From an uncultured Desulfarculus sp. (GTDB lineage Bacteria; Desulfobacterota; Desulfarculia; Desulfarculales; Desulfarculaceae): a stretch of DNA of 64,000 nucleotides. Shown here in pieces: positions 39,332-49,103 of this stretch (position 1 is its first letter; the number at the start of each line of letters is the position of its first letter). The position numbers and the translations under genes are program-made. The notes below the pieces were generated by a model, which worked only from the letters and a program-made list of their open reading frames with translations, did not search any database and was not told where the DNA came from. The DNA is taken from NCBI GenBank assembly GCA_963665125.2, contig CAXXUK010000001.1:1408001-1472000 (forward strand). Reading direction: 5' to 3'.

Positions 39332-40318
39332 TCAGTCAATGATGCGGACGTAGGTTTTGGAATGAAGGTCCTTTAACCACTGATTAAAGCGCTCGTCCAG
39401 GATTTCGTTTTCCAGTTCCTCACGCACTTCGGCCCGCAACTTGGCCACGCCGGGTCCACCATCACCGCTGACGGTCAACAGGCGCATGAACACGAAACCG
39501 GTGGGTATTCGCAGCACGCCGGACAGTTCTCCTGGCTTGAGGCTCTCGATGGCCTTGCGCATCTCGGGCAACAGATCGTTTGGATTGAGCGGGCCAACCT
39601 CGCCGCCATCACCGGCACCGGGCCCTTCGGAAAAGTCCTTGCACAGGGATGCGAAATCAGCGCCGTCGACAACCTTTTTATGAAGCTCTTCAGCCTTTTT
39701 GGCCAGGGAGGCATCCTCTTCGGCAGTGGCGTTTTCGGGCAGCTTTAGAAACAGAGCCCGTAGAGTCACCTGACCGGCTACATTTTTGATGTCCGGATGT
39801 TCGGCCAGGTAGTCGTCAACCTGCTTGTCGCTGATGATGACCTTGCTTTTAACCTCGCGGCTGACGAGACGACGTTTGAGGATGTCGTTGCGGAGGTTCT
39901 CGCGGTATTCATCGGGCGTCATTCCGGTCTGGTTCAGACGGGCGATAAACTCTTCCTGGGACATATTGTTTGCGGTCTTGAGCCTCTCGATGAACCCGTC
40001 CAACTCGGCGTCTGAGACCTTCATCTCAAGCCTGTCGACTTCCTGCCGAAACAGCTTTTCGTCGATCAATTGATTCAAGGCCATGTGCCGCAGTTCCCTT
40101 GGCGAAGGCACCTGGGCCTGCCTGCCCATATCTTGCATCATCTTGATACGGCGGACTATCGAGTTTATGGATTTTTCCAATTCCACCGCGGTGATCGGCT
40201 CATCACCCACAACCGCGACGACGCGGTTAATCAATTCATCGGCCTTGGCGGCATAAGTTGTTCCCAACAATGCCACCAGCGCCATCAGGGCGACCACAGA
40301 GCGCAGTTTCATATTCAC
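39332..40318 (-). CDS. surA: SurA-like periplasmic chaperone/parvulin PPIase
   Basis: Signal peptide; RVVAVVGDEPIT; GADFASLCKDFSEG...GGEVG; C-terminal WLKDL...YVRI. Confidence 0.8.
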   Translation of the reverse strand: MNMKLRSVVALMALVALLGTTYAAKADELINRVVAVVGDEPITAVELEKSINSIVRRIKMMQDMGRQAQVPSPRELRHMALNQLIDEKLFRQEVDRLEMKVSDAELDGFIERLKTANNMSQEEFIARLNQTGMTPDEYRENLRNDILKRRLVSREVKSKVIISDKQVDDYLAEHPDIKNVAGQVTLRALFLKLPENATAEEDASLAKKAEELHKKVVDGADFASLCKDFSEGPGAGDGGEVGPLNPNDLLPEMRKAIESLKPGELSGVLRIPTGFVFMRLLTVSGDGGPGVAKLRAEVREELENEILDERFNQWLKDLHSKTYVRIID

Positions 40319-41268
40319 TTACCTCTTTCGCCGATTGTTGCGGAGTCCAAGAACTGGGGATCGACCCATATATCGGCATTCTGCCTAAGATCAACCAGCC
40401 ACTTGGCCGCCAGTTCATCCAACTGCTTTTTTGCCAAAGTGTTCTGAATGTCACCGGAAGCTTCCGCCAGCCCAACTGACGCCGCCGGACGTTTTCTTAC
40501 AACCCATACCACATGATAGCCGTAATCACTATGAAAGGGCCCCGCGGGCTTTCCCGGTGGTGACAAGAATATCTTATTTTCCAAATCTTCGGGCATATGC
40601 CCCCGGCTGAGCCAGTCCGGCCGTCCATCATTACCAAGGGGCGTGCCGACCTGTGACGCGGCCTCCGCCATGCTCATGCCCTGGTCCATTTTGGCTATCA
40701 GTTCCCGGGCGAGTTGCTCCGAGGGCAATACAGTATGCATGGCCAAAATCTGTTCCGGACGAAAGAACAGCTCGGGGTGTTCTTGGTGATACTGGGCAAT
40801 ATCAGCTTTATCAACCCTGATTTTTGGAGTTAAAACCAGTTCCATGGTCTTGCGCATCAGCAGTTCCTTGGCAAGTTCCTGGCGCCACTGCTTGTACTCC
40901 ATGCCCTGAGCCAACATATTGTGTTCAAAAGCGGACAGTTCCATGCCGCTGCGCAACTGCTGCTCGGTATCGTCGAACTCCTTGTCGTCAAGCTTGACAC
41001 CCAACGCGGCTGCATATTGCAAGACCAGGCTGCGGTCGATGAGTTCCTGGAGCACCGCCATGCGCAACTGGTCGGGCAGTCCCTCCACACTTGGTCCGAG
41101 ACCCATGTAGGCGGCTTTGGCCGAAAACTCCTGCAAGTTTATATCATCGGAGCCCACCCTGGCTACAAGCACTGTATCTGTTTGCTGTTGGCAGGCGGAG
41201 CAGGCCAACAGAATCAGGATCACTTGCACCAGGATGAGTTTTTTAGGTGTGGCGTACTTCTTTTCCAT
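40315..41268 (-). CDS. Parvulin-type peptidylprolyl isomerase lipoprotein
   Basis: Lipobox-like CSAC; VARVG; GPFHSDYGYHVV. Confidence 0.8.
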   Translation of the reverse strand: MEKKYATPKKLILVQVILILLACSACQQQTDTVLVARVGSDDINLQEFSAKAAYMGLGPSVEGLPDQLRMAVLQELIDRSLVLQYAAALGVKLDDKEFDDTEQQLRSGMELSAFEHNMLAQGMEYKQWRQELAKELLMRKTMELVLTPKIRVDKADIAQYHQEHPELFFRPEQILAMHTVLPSEQLARELIAKMDQGMSMAEAASQVGTPLGNDGRPDWLSRGHMPEDLENKIFLSPPGKPAGPFHSDYGYHVVWVVRKRPAASVGLAEASGDIQNTLAKKQLDELAAKWLVDLRQNADIWVDPQFLDSATIGERGK

Positions 41269-41445
41269 CGTAATCCGGTTTGTTACCACCCCTGGCTCCA
41301 ATATGCAACCAAAGACAAACAACGGCCCGCCACTTGTACGCAGTGGGAAAAAATTTCCTTCCGCAGCGTTGTCATTAAATTTTGCGCACAATGATTTTAT
41401 CTGTATTTTAATGCTGTTAGCAACATCAGCATCTTCAAGACCCAA

Positions 41446-41461
41446 TGGCATCCCCCTTGCA
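41446..41461 (+). promoter_or_regulatory. sigma54 promoter of flgE
   Basis: TGGCATCCCCCTTGCA, GG-N10-GC, about 50 bp upstream of the ATG. Confidence 0.8.
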
Positions 41462-41508
41462 TATATTTAGGCAAATTTCCGGGTTCTCCATTTCGAGGTG
41501 GCATACCT

Positions 41509-42867
41509 ATGAAAGCAACGGCGCTATATAACGGAATAAGCGGCATCAAATCGTTTGCCGAAGGCATGGAAAGCGTTTCCGACAACCTGGCCAACACCAA
41601 CACCGTGGGCTTCAAGGCCTCGCGGGCCGATTTCGCCGATACGCTATCGGCCCAATTGGCCACCGGCGACAACATGGTGGATGTGACCACCGACCAGGTC
41701 GGAACCGGCTCCCTTGTCGACATGCAGATAATGATGACCCAATCGTCGTTTGAGTCCACGGACAACGGCCTTGATCTTGCCATTGACGGCGGAGGTTTCT
41801 TTACCGTGCAGATGCCCGACGACGACGCGCTCTATTACACCAGGGCGGGCCAGTTCGGCATCGACGGTACGGAAGGCCAGCAAGGATACATTATCAATCA
41901 GGAGGGATACCGCCTCCAGGGCTTTGCCGTTGATGACGAGGGCGAACCGGTGCTGGGCGCGTTGATTGATCTGCAAATCCCCATGGACCCCCTTGCCGCC
42001 GACGCCACCAACAACGCCCAGGTTGCCGTGAACCTCGATCCTTCGGACACAAAAACCAATCATGTGGCCACCGATATAGACCCCAGCGACGCGGACACAT
42101 ACAACTACAGCACCACCATGCAGATGTACGATTCCGAAGGCAACGTGCATAACATGGTCGTATTGTATCAGCAGGTCGACGACTACAGCGGGGCAAGCCC
42201 GTCCGGCACCACCGGCGTCTGGAAGGCATCGGTCTTTGAATCGGCCGACGGCGAATTGACGGCCAATCCGGCCGCGCCAAACAACACCTTTTATCTGAAC
42301 TTCACCAGTTCGGGAGCCCTGGCCGGCACCACGAGTTCCAGCGGCGTCGTGGACACCGGTGGCGAGGCCGGATTCGTGTTCGACTTCGGAACAGCCGGAA
42401 CCCAGGCGGTGACCGTGGACTTTGCCCCTAACGACGGCGAAACAACCACCCAAATGGCCTCGGGCTATGAAAACAACGATTACGACCAGGACGGCTATCC
42501 GGAAGGAACCCTGGCCGGGGTGGAAATTGGCGATGATGGCAGCATAACCGTTACATACGACAACAATGAAGCGGTTGTCATCGGATTCGTGGCCCTGTCC
42601 CAATTCGCCAGCCCGGAAAGCTTGGCCAGACTGGGTTCCACGCTTTGGGCCGCCACCGACGATTCGGGAGTTGCCCAAACCGGCGTACCAGGCAACGAGG
42701 ATCTTGCCATGGGCGAAGTCAACAGTTACGCGTTGGAGACCTCCAACGTCGACATGGCCGATGAAATGACCAACATGATTTGGTACCAGCGGGCCTACCA
42801 GGCCAATTCCAAATCCATCACGACCTATGACGAGATCCTGCAAAAGGCCCTGAGCCTCAAGACCTGA
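41509..42867 (+). CDS. flgE: Flagellar hook protein
   Basis: DNLANTNTVGFK, DLAIDGGGFF, YTRAGQF, ALETSNVDMADEM...QRAYQANSK; 452 aa. Confidence 0.9.
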   Translation: MKATALYNGISGIKSFAEGMESVSDNLANTNTVGFKASRADFADTLSAQLATGDNMVDVTTDQVGTGSLVDMQIMMTQSSFESTDNGLDLAIDGGGFFTVQMPDDDALYYTRAGQFGIDGTEGQQGYIINQEGYRLQGFAVDDEGEPVLGALIDLQIPMDPLAADATNNAQVAVNLDPSDTKTNHVATDIDPSDADTYNYSTTMQMYDSEGNVHNMVVLYQQVDDYSGASPSGTTGVWKASVFESADGELTANPAAPNNTFYLNFTSSGALAGTTSSSGVVDTGGEAGFVFDFGTAGTQAVTVDFAPNDGETTTQMASGYENNDYDQDGYPEGTLAGVEIGDDGSITVTYDNNEAVVIGFVALSQFASPESLARLGSTLWAATDDSGVAQTGVPGNEDLAMGEVNSYALETSNVDMADEMTNMIWYQRAYQANSKSITTYDEILQKALSLKT

Positions 42868-42889
42868 TAACCGTCTTCGAGCCGAAACC

Positions 42890-42920
42890 AAAAACCGAGG
42901 CATCGTTCCCCGGTTTTTTT
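42890..42920. terminator. Bidirectional terminator between flgE and the HAD gene
   Basis: AAAAACCG...CGGTTTTTTT. Confidence 0.7.
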
Positions 42921-42936
42921 GTCCCCACCCCACGGC

Positions 42937-43584
42937 TCAAAGGCCGATCAGGGCCATCACGCCGTGGATGTCGGTGTAGTCGGCGATCGACTGCCCGTAT
43001 TCAAAGCCGTTGCCAACCAGGACGAAGTTATAGCCAAGTTTTGCCGAGGCCTTCATGTCCCAGTCGGCGTCGCCGAAATAGGTCTTGGAGGCGCATTGCC
43101 CGCAGCCGCCCCGCCTGGCGGCGGTTTCCATGATCGTGGTCCGGCTGTAGTGGTCGTCGGAGGTGGCGATCGGAATGTCCGCGTAGCTTATGCCCGCGGC
43201 CCGCAATTTCAGCTCCGCGGTTTGCAGCCAGCCGCCTGTGGCCAGGGCCAGACTGACATCGCTACGGGCGGCCAGGGCGGCCAGAAACTCCCGCGCCCCG
43301 TCTATGGGCTCAACGCCGTGTTTGGCAACGTATTCGGCGATGCGCTGGATGAACAGCTCCTTGATGGAGCCGAAGACACGCTCGCGGTCCTGGCGAACGT
43401 CGTGTTCGTCCAGTATCTGGCCCAGAACCCCGTCGTCGGTGACGTGGGTGTAGCGGTGCCAGTCGGGTTCGATCTTCGTTCCCAAGACGTCCTGCACCGA
43501 CGATTGAAAGCAGTCCAAGTCGAATCCGGTGGATTTCACAAGGGTCCCGTCTATGTCGAACATGACAAGGTGCATCGTTTTCAA
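42937..43584 (-). CDS. HAD family hydrolase
   Basis: FDIDGTL, LATGG, FGDADWD. Confidence 0.92.
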   Translation of the reverse strand: MKTMHLVMFDIDGTLVKSTGFDLDCFQSSVQDVLGTKIEPDWHRYTHVTDDGVLGQILDEHDVRQDRERVFGSIKELFIQRIAEYVAKHGVEPIDGAREFLAALAARSDVSLALATGGWLQTAELKLRAAGISYADIPIATSDDHYSRTTIMETAARRGGCGQCASKTYFGDADWDMKASAKLGYNFVLVGNGFEYGQSIADYTDIHGVMALIGL

Positions 43585-46500
43585 GCCAATGAGATATGTT
43601 CCAAAAATTGCCGGGCGCCGGCCAGAGGCTCCTGATCCGGTTCCAGCTTGAGGTTTACCTTGCCGTCGGGGTATACCCGCAGCTTTTGGGGCTCGTTCTG
43701 GGCCATGGCCAAAAGCCGGTCCAGGTTGAGCCGGGACGTCTCGCTGAAAAACACGGTCAGCGACTTTTCGGACAGATCCATGCGGCTGGCGCTGATGCTG
43801 CGCAACATGGCCTTGAGTTCCACGGCCGTCAACAGGTTGGCCACCGGTTCGGGCAAGGGGCCGAACCGGTCCTGCAATTCGCCGGAAATGGTGGATATTT
43901 CCCCGGCGTCCTTGGCCGAACCGAGCCGCTTGTACAGCGACAGGCGAAGCTGTGCGTCGGGTACGAATGCCTCGGGCAGGCTGGCGTTCATGGCCAGGTT
44001 CATTTCCGGCTCGGGCCCTTCGGCCGGGGCCTCGCCCTTGAGCCGGGCTACGGCCTCCTCCAGCATGCCCAGGTACAGTTCGTAGCCCACCTCGGCGGCC
44101 ATGCCGCTTTGGGCCTCGCCCAGCATGTTGCCCGCGCCGCGGATCTGCAAGTCATGCATGGCAATGGCGAATCCCGCGCCCAGCTCGGTGAAGTCCATCA
44201 GGGCCTTGAGGCGTTTGCGGGCGTCGCCGCTCAGGGACGACTCGCTCTTGATGATCAGATGGGCGTATGCCCGCTGGTTGCTGCGCCCCACCCTGCCCCG
44301 CAACTGGTAGATCTGGCTCAGGCCAAAACGGTCGGCGTTGTTGATGATGATGGTATTGGCGCTGGGAATGTCCAGGCCCGACTCCACAATGGTCGTGCAG
44401 ACCAACACGTCCACTTCCTTGTGGATGAACTGGAGCATTACCTTCTCCAGGGCCTTTTCGGCCATCTGGCCGTGGGCCATGCCCACCTTGGCCTCGGGCA
44501 CCAGGCTCTGGACCATGACGGCCATCTTGGCCAGATCCTGCACCCGGTTGTGCACGAAGAACACCTGGCCTTCCCGGCCAAGTTCCTTGCGTATGGCCGC
44601 GGCGATGCCGGCCGGGTTGAAATTGGACAGATACGTCTTGATGGCCTGACGGTCCACCGGCGGCGTGTTGATCACCGACAGGTCCCGGATTCCCGAAAGG
44701 CTCATCTGCAAGGTGCGGGGAATTGGCGTGGCCGTCAGGGTCAGGACATCCACCAGGCGGCGCATCTTCTTCAGGCGCTCCTTGTCCTTGACGCCGAAGC
44801 GCTGTTCCTCGTCCACGATGACCAGCCCCAGGTCCTTGAACACCACGTCTTTTTGGATAATGCGGTGGGTGCCCACCAGGATGTCGACCTTGCCCTCTTG
44901 CAACCGGGCCAGAATTTCGCGCTGCTGGGCCGCGGTCTTGAAGCGGCTCAAAGACTCCACCATCAAGGGCTGTTCGCCCAGGCGCTGGACCAGGGTTTGG
45001 TAATGCTGCTCGGCCAAGACCGTGGTTGGCACCAGAAACGCGGCCTGTTTGCCCTGCATGGCCGCCAGATAGGCCGCCCGCAGAGCCACCTCGGTCTTGC
45101 CGTAGCCCACGTCGCCGCAGATCAGGCGGTCCATGGGCTTGTCGGAGATCATGTCGCCGATGACCTCCTCGATGGCCTGGGCCTGGTCCGGTGTCTCCTC
45201 ATACGGGAAGCCCGCCTCGAACTCGCGGTATTCCGAGTCCGGCGGGGCGTAGCGGTGCCCCTTGGCCACCTGCCGGGCCGCATACAGCTCCACCAGATCG
45301 TGGGCAATGGCCTCCACGGCCTTCTTGACCCGGCTCTTGGTCTTGACCCAGGCCTTGCCGCCCAGACGATCCAGGGCTGGAGCCGCGCCGTCCGGGCCGC
45401 GGTACTTGCTTATCAGGGCCATGCGGTCGGCGGGCAGATAAAGCCTGTCGCCGCCCTGGTAGGCGATCTCCAGGAAATCGCTTTCCGCCGCGCCAACGGC
45501 CATGGTCCTCAGGCCCAGATAGCGGCCCACGCCGTGGTCCACGTGCACCACCAGATCATCGGGGCTCAGGTCGTCCAGAGCCGCCAGCATGGCGCTGAGG
45601 CTCTTGGGCGCTTTTTGGCGTACAATCCGGGGCGTGCCGAAGACTTCGTCCTCGGTGACAAAGCAAAGGGGCCTGTCCTCGGGCTCGAATCCGGCGGTAA
45701 GCGTGCCCAGCATCAGCATCAAGGCGTCTTCCGGCCTACCAACAACGCCGGTGGCCTCAGACGCCCGCTGGATCACCTTCAGCGGCACCTCCCGCTCGCT
45801 TAAAAGCTCGGCCAAGCGCTGGACCTGGGACTTGGACCGGCAGACAAAGACCACCTGCCGCCCCTGCTCGTTCTTTTGGGCCGTCCAGCGCACAAAGCGC
45901 CCCAACAGCGATCCCTCGCCTTCCCGGTTCAACTCGGCCCGCAGGCCGATGTGGCTGGCCGAGCGCAGGCGAACGGCATTTTCGCCGCCCTCGCGTCCGC
46001 TCAGATCCAGGGCCCGGCATCCCAGACGGGGCCCCTGGCCCAGGCGCTCTTCCACCTGTTCGGGCGTGCGCATCAGCATGGGCGGCGGCAGGACAATAGA
46101 GCCGCTCTCCTTGGCCTCGGCGTATTCGGCGGCCATCTGATCCTTGACCCCGACCAGCCGCTTTTCCACCTCCGTGGGTTCCACAAGCACCCGCAGACAA
46201 CCCTCGGGCAAATACTCAAACAAGTCCGCAGCTCTTTGAAAATACAGAGGTAACAGAGTCTCTATTCCGGGGAACGTGGCCCGCCGCTCCATCTTTTCGA
46301 TGAGTTCGGCCAGCCTGCGGGCGCCCATCTTTTCTTCAACGGCGATCTTGCGCAGCTTGCCCACGGCCTCCTTGACCGCATCCTCGGACAAATCCACCGG
46401 ATGGCAGGGCATGGCCGTGGCCTCTGAAATGGGCAGGTGCGAGCGCTGGTCGGCCGGGTCGAAACGCCGCACGCTGTCGACTTCATCACCGAAAAACTCC

Positions 46501-47102
46501 ACCCGCACCGGCTCGTCCATCAGCGGGCCAAAGAAATCAACCACCGAACCGCGCACCGCGAAATCGCCTACCTGCTCCACCAGGGACACCGAGGTGTAAC
46601 CTCCGTCGATCAGGGCGCCCACCAAAACGTCGCGGTCCAGCACGGCCCCTTTTCGGATGTCGATGGAGCGGTCCAGCAGGTGTTCGGGCGGGCAAAGCCT
46701 ACCGGCAATGGCCAGGGGCGAACTGACCACGATCAGCGGCAGTTCCGCGGCGATCAGCTCCCACAATACAGCCAGCCGCCGGGCCGTGACCTCGGCGGGC
46801 GGGTCCACGCCCTGGTACGGCGAAACCTCGTAGGAAGGAAACAGGCGCACCGGCGAACCCGCGGCCAAATCCAGGAAGAACTCCAGGTCCCGCTGGAGCG
46901 TCTCGGCTGCGGCCAAAGTAGGGCAGACCACCAGCATGGACCGGGGGTTGTGGAGCCAAAGCCGGGCAAGGGCAAAGGCCCGGGCGGCGCCCTCAATGCC
47001 GTTGAGCATGGCCTGGCCGTGGTCTTCCAGTGCTTCGGCCGCCAGGGCCAGACCACCCCGAACGGTCCACGGGTTTTCGGGTATTTGCATTGAATCGCTC
47101 AT
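43581..47102 (-). CDS. mfd: Transcription-repair coupling factor
   Basis: VVHVDHGVGRY, ETPDQ, CGDVGYGKTEVA, DEEQRFGV, TATPIPRTL, QLRGRVGR, DLQIRGAGN. Confidence 0.98.
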   Translation of the reverse strand: MSDSMQIPENPWTVRGGLALAAEALEDHGQAMLNGIEGAARAFALARLWLHNPRSMLVVCPTLAAAETLQRDLEFFLDLAAGSPVRLFPSYEVSPYQGVDPPAEVTARRLAVLWELIAAELPLIVVSSPLAIAGRLCPPEHLLDRSIDIRKGAVLDRDVLVGALIDGGYTSVSLVEQVGDFAVRGSVVDFFGPLMDEPVRVEFFGDEVDSVRRFDPADQRSHLPISEATAMPCHPVDLSEDAVKEAVGKLRKIAVEEKMGARRLAELIEKMERRATFPGIETLLPLYFQRAADLFEYLPEGCLRVLVEPTEVEKRLVGVKDQMAAEYAEAKESGSIVLPPPMLMRTPEQVEERLGQGPRLGCRALDLSGREGGENAVRLRSASHIGLRAELNREGEGSLLGRFVRWTAQKNEQGRQVVFVCRSKSQVQRLAELLSEREVPLKVIQRASEATGVVGRPEDALMLMLGTLTAGFEPEDRPLCFVTEDEVFGTPRIVRQKAPKSLSAMLAALDDLSPDDLVVHVDHGVGRYLGLRTMAVGAAESDFLEIAYQGGDRLYLPADRMALISKYRGPDGAAPALDRLGGKAWVKTKSRVKKAVEAIAHDLVELYAARQVAKGHRYAPPDSEYREFEAGFPYEETPDQAQAIEEVIGDMISDKPMDRLICGDVGYGKTEVALRAAYLAAMQGKQAAFLVPTTVLAEQHYQTLVQRLGEQPLMVESLSRFKTAAQQREILARLQEGKVDILVGTHRIIQKDVVFKDLGLVIVDEEQRFGVKDKERLKKMRRLVDVLTLTATPIPRTLQMSLSGIRDLSVINTPPVDRQAIKTYLSNFNPAGIAAAIRKELGREGQVFFVHNRVQDLAKMAVMVQSLVPEAKVGMAHGQMAEKALEKVMLQFIHKEVDVLVCTTIVESGLDIPSANTIIINNADRFGLSQIYQLRGRVGRSNQRAYAHLIIKSESSLSGDARKRLKALMDFTELGAGFAIAMHDLQIRGAGNMLGEAQSGMAAEVGYELYLGMLEEAVARLKGEAPAEGPEPEMNLAMNASLPEAFVPDAQLRLSLYKRLGSAKDAGEISTISGELQDRFGPLPEPVANLLTAVELKAMLRSISASRMDLSEKSLTVFFSETSRLNLDRLLAMAQNEPQKLRVYPDGKVNLKLEPDQEPLAGARQFLEHISLA

Positions 47103-47210
47103 TGCCAAAACATAACCCAGGCGCCCGCCCGCGGCAACCATAAGCCAATGCTGGGCCTATTGTCGCAGTTGCGGTATACTGGGGCCTCCACAATAAGAGG
47201 AAATATTGAC

Positions 47211-48278
47211 GTGTCGGACCCGATCAAAATCAACCAAGCAGGCGCGGGCCACAACCAGGCCCTGCGCACAGCCGTAACCTTGTCAGTGCTCACCGGCCGC
47301 GCCATCGAATACAACGGAGCGGTTGACGAAGGCTCCAAGCCCAAGCCGGGCATGGGCCCCGGCATCGTAACGGCCGTCAAGGCCGCCGCGGCCATCAGCG
47401 GCGCCAGCTATGAGGCCCGCATGGGTCAAACCGAGGGCCACCTCAAACCGCGTGAGCCCCGGTCGGGCGACTACGTATTCGATGTGGCCACCCAGCGCAA
47501 GAGCGCCGCGGCCATCAGCCCGATCATGCTTTGCCTGCTGCCGATCCTGGCGGCGTCGTCCGGCAAGAGTTCGCTCATCGTCACCGGCGGCACCCACATC
47601 CACGGCGCGCCCACCAGCGATGAAATGCGCTATGTGCTCATGCCTACGCTCAATGCTTTGGGCCTGGCCGTGTCCTACAGCGAAATCGCGCCGGGTTTCC
47701 TGCCCGTCGGCGGCGGCGAAGGCGAATTGCAGATCAAGGGCCCGGCATCTTTCCTGGGCATCCACGCCGAAAACCCCTTCCGGCCCGAAAACCTCAACCT
47801 CGAGGTTGTATCCTCCGGCCTGCCCGTACACCTGGCCGAAATGGCCTTGCAGGGGGCCTTGGACCGGCTGGAGGTAAAAGGCATCAAGGCCAAGGGTAAT
47901 ATCCGGCGGGCCAGGGGCGGCCACGGTCTTTCGGTGCTGGCTTGGTCCGACGGCAACGGCTACAGGGTCGGTTTCAGCGCCCTGGGCCACCGCGGCGGCA
48001 GGCCCGAAGCTGTGGCCATCCAGGCCGTGGAAGGTCTGATGGCCTTTTTCCAAAGCGGCGCGGGCATGCCCATAAACCAGGCAGCCGACCTGCTGGTGCC
48101 CCTGGCCTGCGCCCAAGGCATCAGCCGCATCAGGCTGGGCGGCCTCAACCAGCCGATCAAGGCAGCCGCAAGGGTCATCGAACAGTTCTGGCCCGGCACG
48201 GTTCAGCTCAAGGACCGCCACTACGACACCCCCGCAGAGGTGCGCATCATCGGCCGGGACTTTGGCCGCAACGTCTGA
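47211..48278 (+). CDS. RNA 3'-terminal phosphate cyclase-like protein, degenerate active site
   Basis: QALRTAVTLSVLTG, KPG, GGTH...AP, GFLPVGGG, LPVHLAE; the catalytic His region reads LNQPIKAA. Confidence 0.8.
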   Translation: MSDPIKINQAGAGHNQALRTAVTLSVLTGRAIEYNGAVDEGSKPKPGMGPGIVTAVKAAAAISGASYEARMGQTEGHLKPREPRSGDYVFDVATQRKSAAAISPIMLCLLPILAASSGKSSLIVTGGTHIHGAPTSDEMRYVLMPTLNALGLAVSYSEIAPGFLPVGGGEGELQIKGPASFLGIHAENPFRPENLNLEVVSSGLPVHLAEMALQGALDRLEVKGIKAKGNIRRARGGHGLSVLAWSDGNGYRVGFSALGHRGGRPEAVAIQAVEGLMAFFQSGAGMPINQAADLLVPLACAQGISRIRLGGLNQPIKAAARVIEQFWPGTVQLKDRHYDTPAEVRIIGRDFGRNV

Positions 48279-48295
48279 TCAAACCACGTAAAAGT

Positions 48296-48338
48296 AAAAA
48301 CCCCGGCGGGTCAGAGGCCTGTCGGGGTTTTGTTTTTT
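48296..48338. terminator. Bidirectional terminator
   Basis: AAAAACCCCGGCGGG...CCTGTCGGGGTTTTGTTTTTT. Confidence 0.8.
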
Positions 48339-48353
48339 GCGTGATTTGGGCGT

Positions 48354-49100
48354 TTAGTCCACGGCCAATCGGGGCGGTTGTTTGGTGAAGATAAACTCCA
48401 CCCGCCGGTTCTTGATCCGGCCGGCCTCGGTACTGTTGGCGGCAATGGGATAGTTGCTGGCAAAGCCCACCGCGGTCAGGCGCTGGTCGCTGATTCCCAG
48501 GGAAATCAAATACCGGAGCACCGCCGATGCCCTGGCCGCGCTGAGTTCCCAGTTGGATGGGAATTGCGCCGTGCTTATTGGTTGGTCGTCGGTATGGCCC
48601 TCCACGGTAAGGTAAAAATCAAACTTTTTCATTACCTTGGCAATACCCTTCAGCAGATTTTTGGCCTCTTCCCTGACCACAACACCGCCGGCGCCGAACA
48701 TGAGATGTCCCTTTACCCGCAGGCGCACGCCGTTGCTGCCCGCGTTGACGTTGACCATGCTGCCAAGCCCCTGTTCGTTGACGAAGTTCTTTACTTCCTG
48801 GGACATCTGGCGGGCCTCGGCCGCGGTCCGGGCCTGGCTTATCCTGGCGCTGGGGCTGGCGACCTTGCCCATCTGGTCCTGCTTGGCCAGTTCCTTGGGC
48901 ATCACGGGCTGAAATTCGCCCTTGACGTCAAACTGCACGCCAAAGGCCTGCTGCACGGCGCCCAACATCTCTCTAAACTCCTGGACGTCGATATTGGCCA
49001 TGGATAGCAGCAAAACAAAAAAGGTCATCAACAGCGTGGACAGGTCGGCAAAGGTGGCCATCCAGGGAGGAGCGCCTTTTTTGATTTTTTTCTCCGGCAC
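48354..49100 (-). CDS. motB: Flagellar stator B subunit (MotB/PomB)
   Basis: WMATFADLSTLLMTFFV; OmpA-like EGHTD...SNWELSAARA...NRRVE. Confidence 0.93.
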   Translation of the reverse strand: MPEKKIKKGAPPWMATFADLSTLLMTFFVLLLSMANIDVQEFREMLGAVQQAFGVQFDVKGEFQPVMPKELAKQDQMGKVASPSARISQARTAAEARQMSQEVKNFVNEQGLGSMVNVNAGSNGVRLRVKGHLMFGAGGVVVREEAKNLLKGIAKVMKKFDFYLTVEGHTDDQPISTAQFPSNWELSAARASAVLRYLISLGISDQRLTAVGFASNYPIAANSTEAGRIKNRRVEFIFTKQPPRLAVD

Positions 49101-49103
49101 GGC

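Noticed and set aside
43596..45803. Long antisense ORFs (735 aa here; also 20714-22549, 16093-17460, 41644-42933, 29164-30486)
   Set aside because: They are shadows of well-supported genes on the opposite strand, as expected from high-GC codon bias.
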